DNA of 17,537 nt from Candidatus Jordarchaeales archaeon (GTDB lineage Archaea > Asgardarchaeota > Jordiarchaeia > Jordiarchaeales > Freyrarchaeaceae): positions 1-17,537 of the forward strand of contig JAWCFL010000033.1 in NCBI GenBank assembly GCA_038858525.1. The letters are read 5' to 3'. Within the stretch, counting starts at the first letter, position 1. Every line of letters starts with the position of its first letter. Under the pieces are notes generated by a model. It had not been told where the DNA came from and made no database searches. It was given only the letters and a program-made list of their open reading frames with translations. Below are positions 15,338 to 17,537 of the stretch, piece by piece. Both the position numbers and the translations under genes were made by a program.

Positions 15338-15560
15338 CTGATGTTGAAGCTCTCCCTGAACTTCTTGCTCGAGCGAGAATGCTCTCCAGCTCTTCGTCTG
15401 TGAGGTTTCCGCAAGCCTCCGGAACGCCCCTACCTTAAGCTTCTTCGCATTCTCGTAGAGGCTTAAGAGGAACTCACCCCACCACATGTCCCCTCTTCTC
15501 CTTTTCCATCAGCCTCTTAACCTATTCCGGAACCGAGATAGTTAAGTAATTAACCACCAT
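15334..15560 (-). pseudogene. Archaeal VapB-like antitoxin pseudogene
   Basis: Reconstruction: MVVNYLTISVPE*(TAG 15524-15522)VKRLMEKEK/GDMWWGEFLLSLYENAKKLKVGAFRRLAET/LTDEELESILA/SKKFRESFNIR*. One nonsense codon and three 1-nt frameshifts give ~75 aa with the TISVP...WGEFL...F pattern of archaeal antitoxins. Confidence 0.7.
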
Positions 15561-15857
15561 GAAAACGCCACTTATACATCGACATTACAATAGCGGATAT
15601 CGTTGCGTATTAATTATTTTTTGTGACGGATTGCCTTTTGGGCTGCTCTAGCGCTCTTTCTGCGTGGTGCTTCCATGAACGCCGTCAGCTGTCTCCGTTG
15701 TTCAGCTTGGGCTCGTTTAGAGTCATGCTAAGAGGTGACGGGTTTCTCGCTAGGAGATCGTGACTGAAAAATGGATCTATGCTGATAGCTTCGAGGAAAC
15801 ATTTTTATTGAGGAACATTGCGAAAAAATAGTTTGTTTCCTTTAGGAGGGTTGGGAC

Positions 15858-16799
15858 GTGCTGCAGGTGGATTTGCTTTGGGTGTATGCTATCGGTGCGA
15901 TGTTTGCCACTGCGGCTGCTAAGCAGTTGAGGAGGCTTGAGGCTGAGAAGGAGAAGGTCAGGGAGGTGCTCATGTGGCCGGCGCCCTTCGGGAACGTTTA
16001 CTTCGCCCTTCTTTTGCTATACTTGTCGGTGATCTTTGTTCCTGAGGCGGTTTGGCTTACGTGGAACTTTCCGCAGTGGGAGACCATGCATGTGTGGTCG
16101 AGCCTCGAGGAGATCCCGACTCACCTAGTGACCCTCTTCATTGTGGGGGACGTGGTTATCGCCGTGCTGGGTTACTGGGTTGCCTATAGGCTAATAGCTA
16201 AGGGCAGGGAGTTTTGGGCTCACCTCCAGTGGGTTGCGGGCTACTTCGCCTTCTTCCTCGTGCTGCTCCACGGCTGGGATGGGTTAGCATGGCAGAGGTT
16301 CACCTGGGACTCGACGGTCGTGTTTCCATTGAAGATGCCTGTGAGCACAGTGATGATTCTCTTAGCTGTCGGTGAGGCTGCAGCGGCGCTGCGTCCAGTT
16401 CTCGTGTCATGGTGGCTTTACTCTCTCTGGATTCCAGGGAAAACAATGGCTGTTTCCTTCGCGACGAGCAACGTGGCGGTGACGCTTTACGCCATGGCTG
16501 CTCCAACCATAGCTCCGCTGCTCGTAGGCGGGTACATCGCCCTAAGGGACGGGCACGTGAAGACGGGGATGGGTGAAAGGGAAGCTTCTTCCCTATCGGT
16601 GAGGGGTGTGCTGACTTACCTGCTCGGAGTGCTTGCAGCCTTCATTCTCGCTGGCGTGACGACTGCCGTGTCGAACCTCGTAACTGGGATGACGTGGTAC
16701 TTCTTGTGGGTTAGTGTGGGTGAGGTGGCGACTCTAGCTTCGACAGTCACCACGAAAGTGGCCCCGCTCCCCGTGGGGTTTGCAGCAGTTCCCGAATAG
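15858..16799 (+). CDS. Uncharacterised multi-pass membrane protein
   Basis: Seven or more hydrophobic segments; RBS AGGAGGG upstream of GTG; motifs QVD..W.Y, FPQWETMH and HGWD..WQRF recall a conserved hypothetical membrane family of unknown function. Confidence 0.75.
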   Translation: MLQVDLLWVYAIGAMFATAAAKQLRRLEAEKEKVREVLMWPAPFGNVYFALLLLYLSVIFVPEAVWLTWNFPQWETMHVWSSLEEIPTHLVTLFIVGDVVIAVLGYWVAYRLIAKGREFWAHLQWVAGYFAFFLVLLHGWDGLAWQRFTWDSTVVFPLKMPVSTVMILLAVGEAAAALRPVLVSWWLYSLWIPGKTMAVSFATSNVAVTLYAMAAPTIAPLLVGGYIALRDGHVKTGMGEREASSLSVRGVLTYLLGVLAAFILAGVTTAVSNLVTGMTWYFLWVSVGEVATLASTVTTKVAPLPVGFAAVPE

Positions 16800-16804
16800 A
16801 TAAC

Positions 16805-16812
16805 TTTATATA
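16805..16812 (+). promoter_or_regulatory. TATA box of the IS607 tnpA (leaderless-type spacing)
   Basis: TTTATATA 21-24 nt upstream of ATG 16833/16836. Confidence 0.5.
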
Positions 16813-16832
16813 ACACTTCTTAACATTTTTGT

Positions 16833-17451
16833 ATGATGATTGAGAGGTTGCTGACGCTCAGCGAAGCCTGCGAGAGGTTGAGCATCCACCCAAATACGCT
16901 TAAAAAATGGGATAAACAAGGTAAAATTAGAGTTGCTAGGACCGTTGGTGGTAGGAGGAGGATACCTGAAAGTGAAGTTGAACGTTTGATGGACATCGCT
17001 AAAACAGACACGCCCAAAAAGCCGTGATTTATACCAGAGTTCCCCCCATGACCAGAAACAGAAGGAGGATTTAGAGAGGCAAAAGCAAAGTTTACTGAGT
17101 CACGCCAAATCTAAAATGAAGTTATCGCGATCTTAGAGGACGCGGCAAGCAGACTCAACGAGAACAGAAAGCCCCTGGACAGAGTTTTTGATATAGTTGA
17201 GAAAAGAGAGGTAGGAGCCGTCATAATAGCTTTCAAGGATAGGCTTAAGAGGTTCGGCTTCAAACACCTAGAGCGCTACTTCCCCCCTCACAACGTAAAA
17301 ATCGAAGTCGTTAATGAGGAGCCTAAAAATGCCTATCAAGATAGAGGACCTCATCACTTTGGTTTCTAGCTTTGCAGGAAAGCTCTATGATTTGAGAAGC
17401 CACAAGTACGAGAAGGTGGTTAAGAGTGTCAAACAGCTTATTGCTGAATGA
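16833..17451 (+). pseudogene. tnpA: IS607 TnpA serine recombinase, frameshifted
   Basis: HTH LTLSEACERLSIHPNTLKKWD...GGRRRIPESE, then in shifting frames AVIYTRV-PP (for YARVSS)/[51 protein letters not shown]...LIAE*; about four frameshifts and altered catalytic-motif residues. Confidence 0.9.
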
Positions 17452-17537
17452 GACCTGCAAGTTTAAGCTCCAGCCCAACGATGAACAAGCAATCGTTCTC
17501 GAGGATCTCTTCAAGAGCTATTCCGAAATGGTTAAAG
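17441..17537 (+). CDS. tnpB: TnpB family RNA-guided nuclease, N-terminal fragment (truncated by window)
   Basis: TTG 17441 gives [32 protein letters not shown], the T.KFKL.P..EQ...L..L...Y pattern of TnpB N-termini, overlapping the tnpA stop. Confidence 0.75.
   Translation, partial: MLNETCKFKLQPNDEQAIVLEDLFKSYSEMVK

Larger units (their letters stand above)
16800..17537 (+). mobile_element. IS607-family insertion sequence (tnpA-tnpB), left part; ends not defined, runs off the window
   Basis: MerR-like HTH plus serine recombinase tnpA, overlapped by a tnpB-like ORF; this is the typical IS607 layout. Confidence 0.88.

Noticed and set aside
15187-15487. ORFs 15187..15438(+) and 15212..15487(-) as intact genes
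   Set aside because: The minus ORF is a chimera of antitoxin and toxin pseudogene frames; the plus ORF is its shadow.
17010-17030. Programmed ribosomal frameshift at the A5 run after the tnpA HTH
   Set aside because: At least three further frameshifts and catalytic-motif changes follow; simple pseudogenisation explains it.
17323-17514. Minus-strand 63-aa ORF
   Set aside because: Antisense shadow of the tnpA/tnpB junction.

Overview
Archaeal window (BRE/TATA promoters, GGAGG/GGTGA ribosome-binding sites, split Cas3) built around an apparently complete type I-A CRISPR-Cas locus. Left to right: a DUF1917 (eIF4E-like) gene on the minus strand; two CRISPR arrays with different repeats (8 x 30 bp and 4 x 36 bp), co-oriented and only 27 bp apart; a long T/G low-complexity leader-like tract; an adaptation operon DUF2797-like gene-cas1-cas2-cas4; an interference operon csa5-cas7-cas5-cas3'-cas3''-cas8a2; cas6; a convergent 171-aa orphan; a CARF-PIN fusion gene; a decayed VapB/VapC-like toxin-antitoxin pair; a multi-pass membrane protein; and an IS607-family element (frameshifted tnpA plus the 5' end of tnpB, cut by the window edge). 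Most worth following up: (i) the DUF2797-like Cys-rich, GIY-YIG-like gene where csa1 usually precedes cas1, (ii) the fused two-repeat array with only one visible Cas6, which carries a Cys/His insert, and (iii) a CARF-PIN effector with no Cas10 in view. All family calls come from motif recognition by eye; no database searches were run and the host taxon cannot be fixed from this window.
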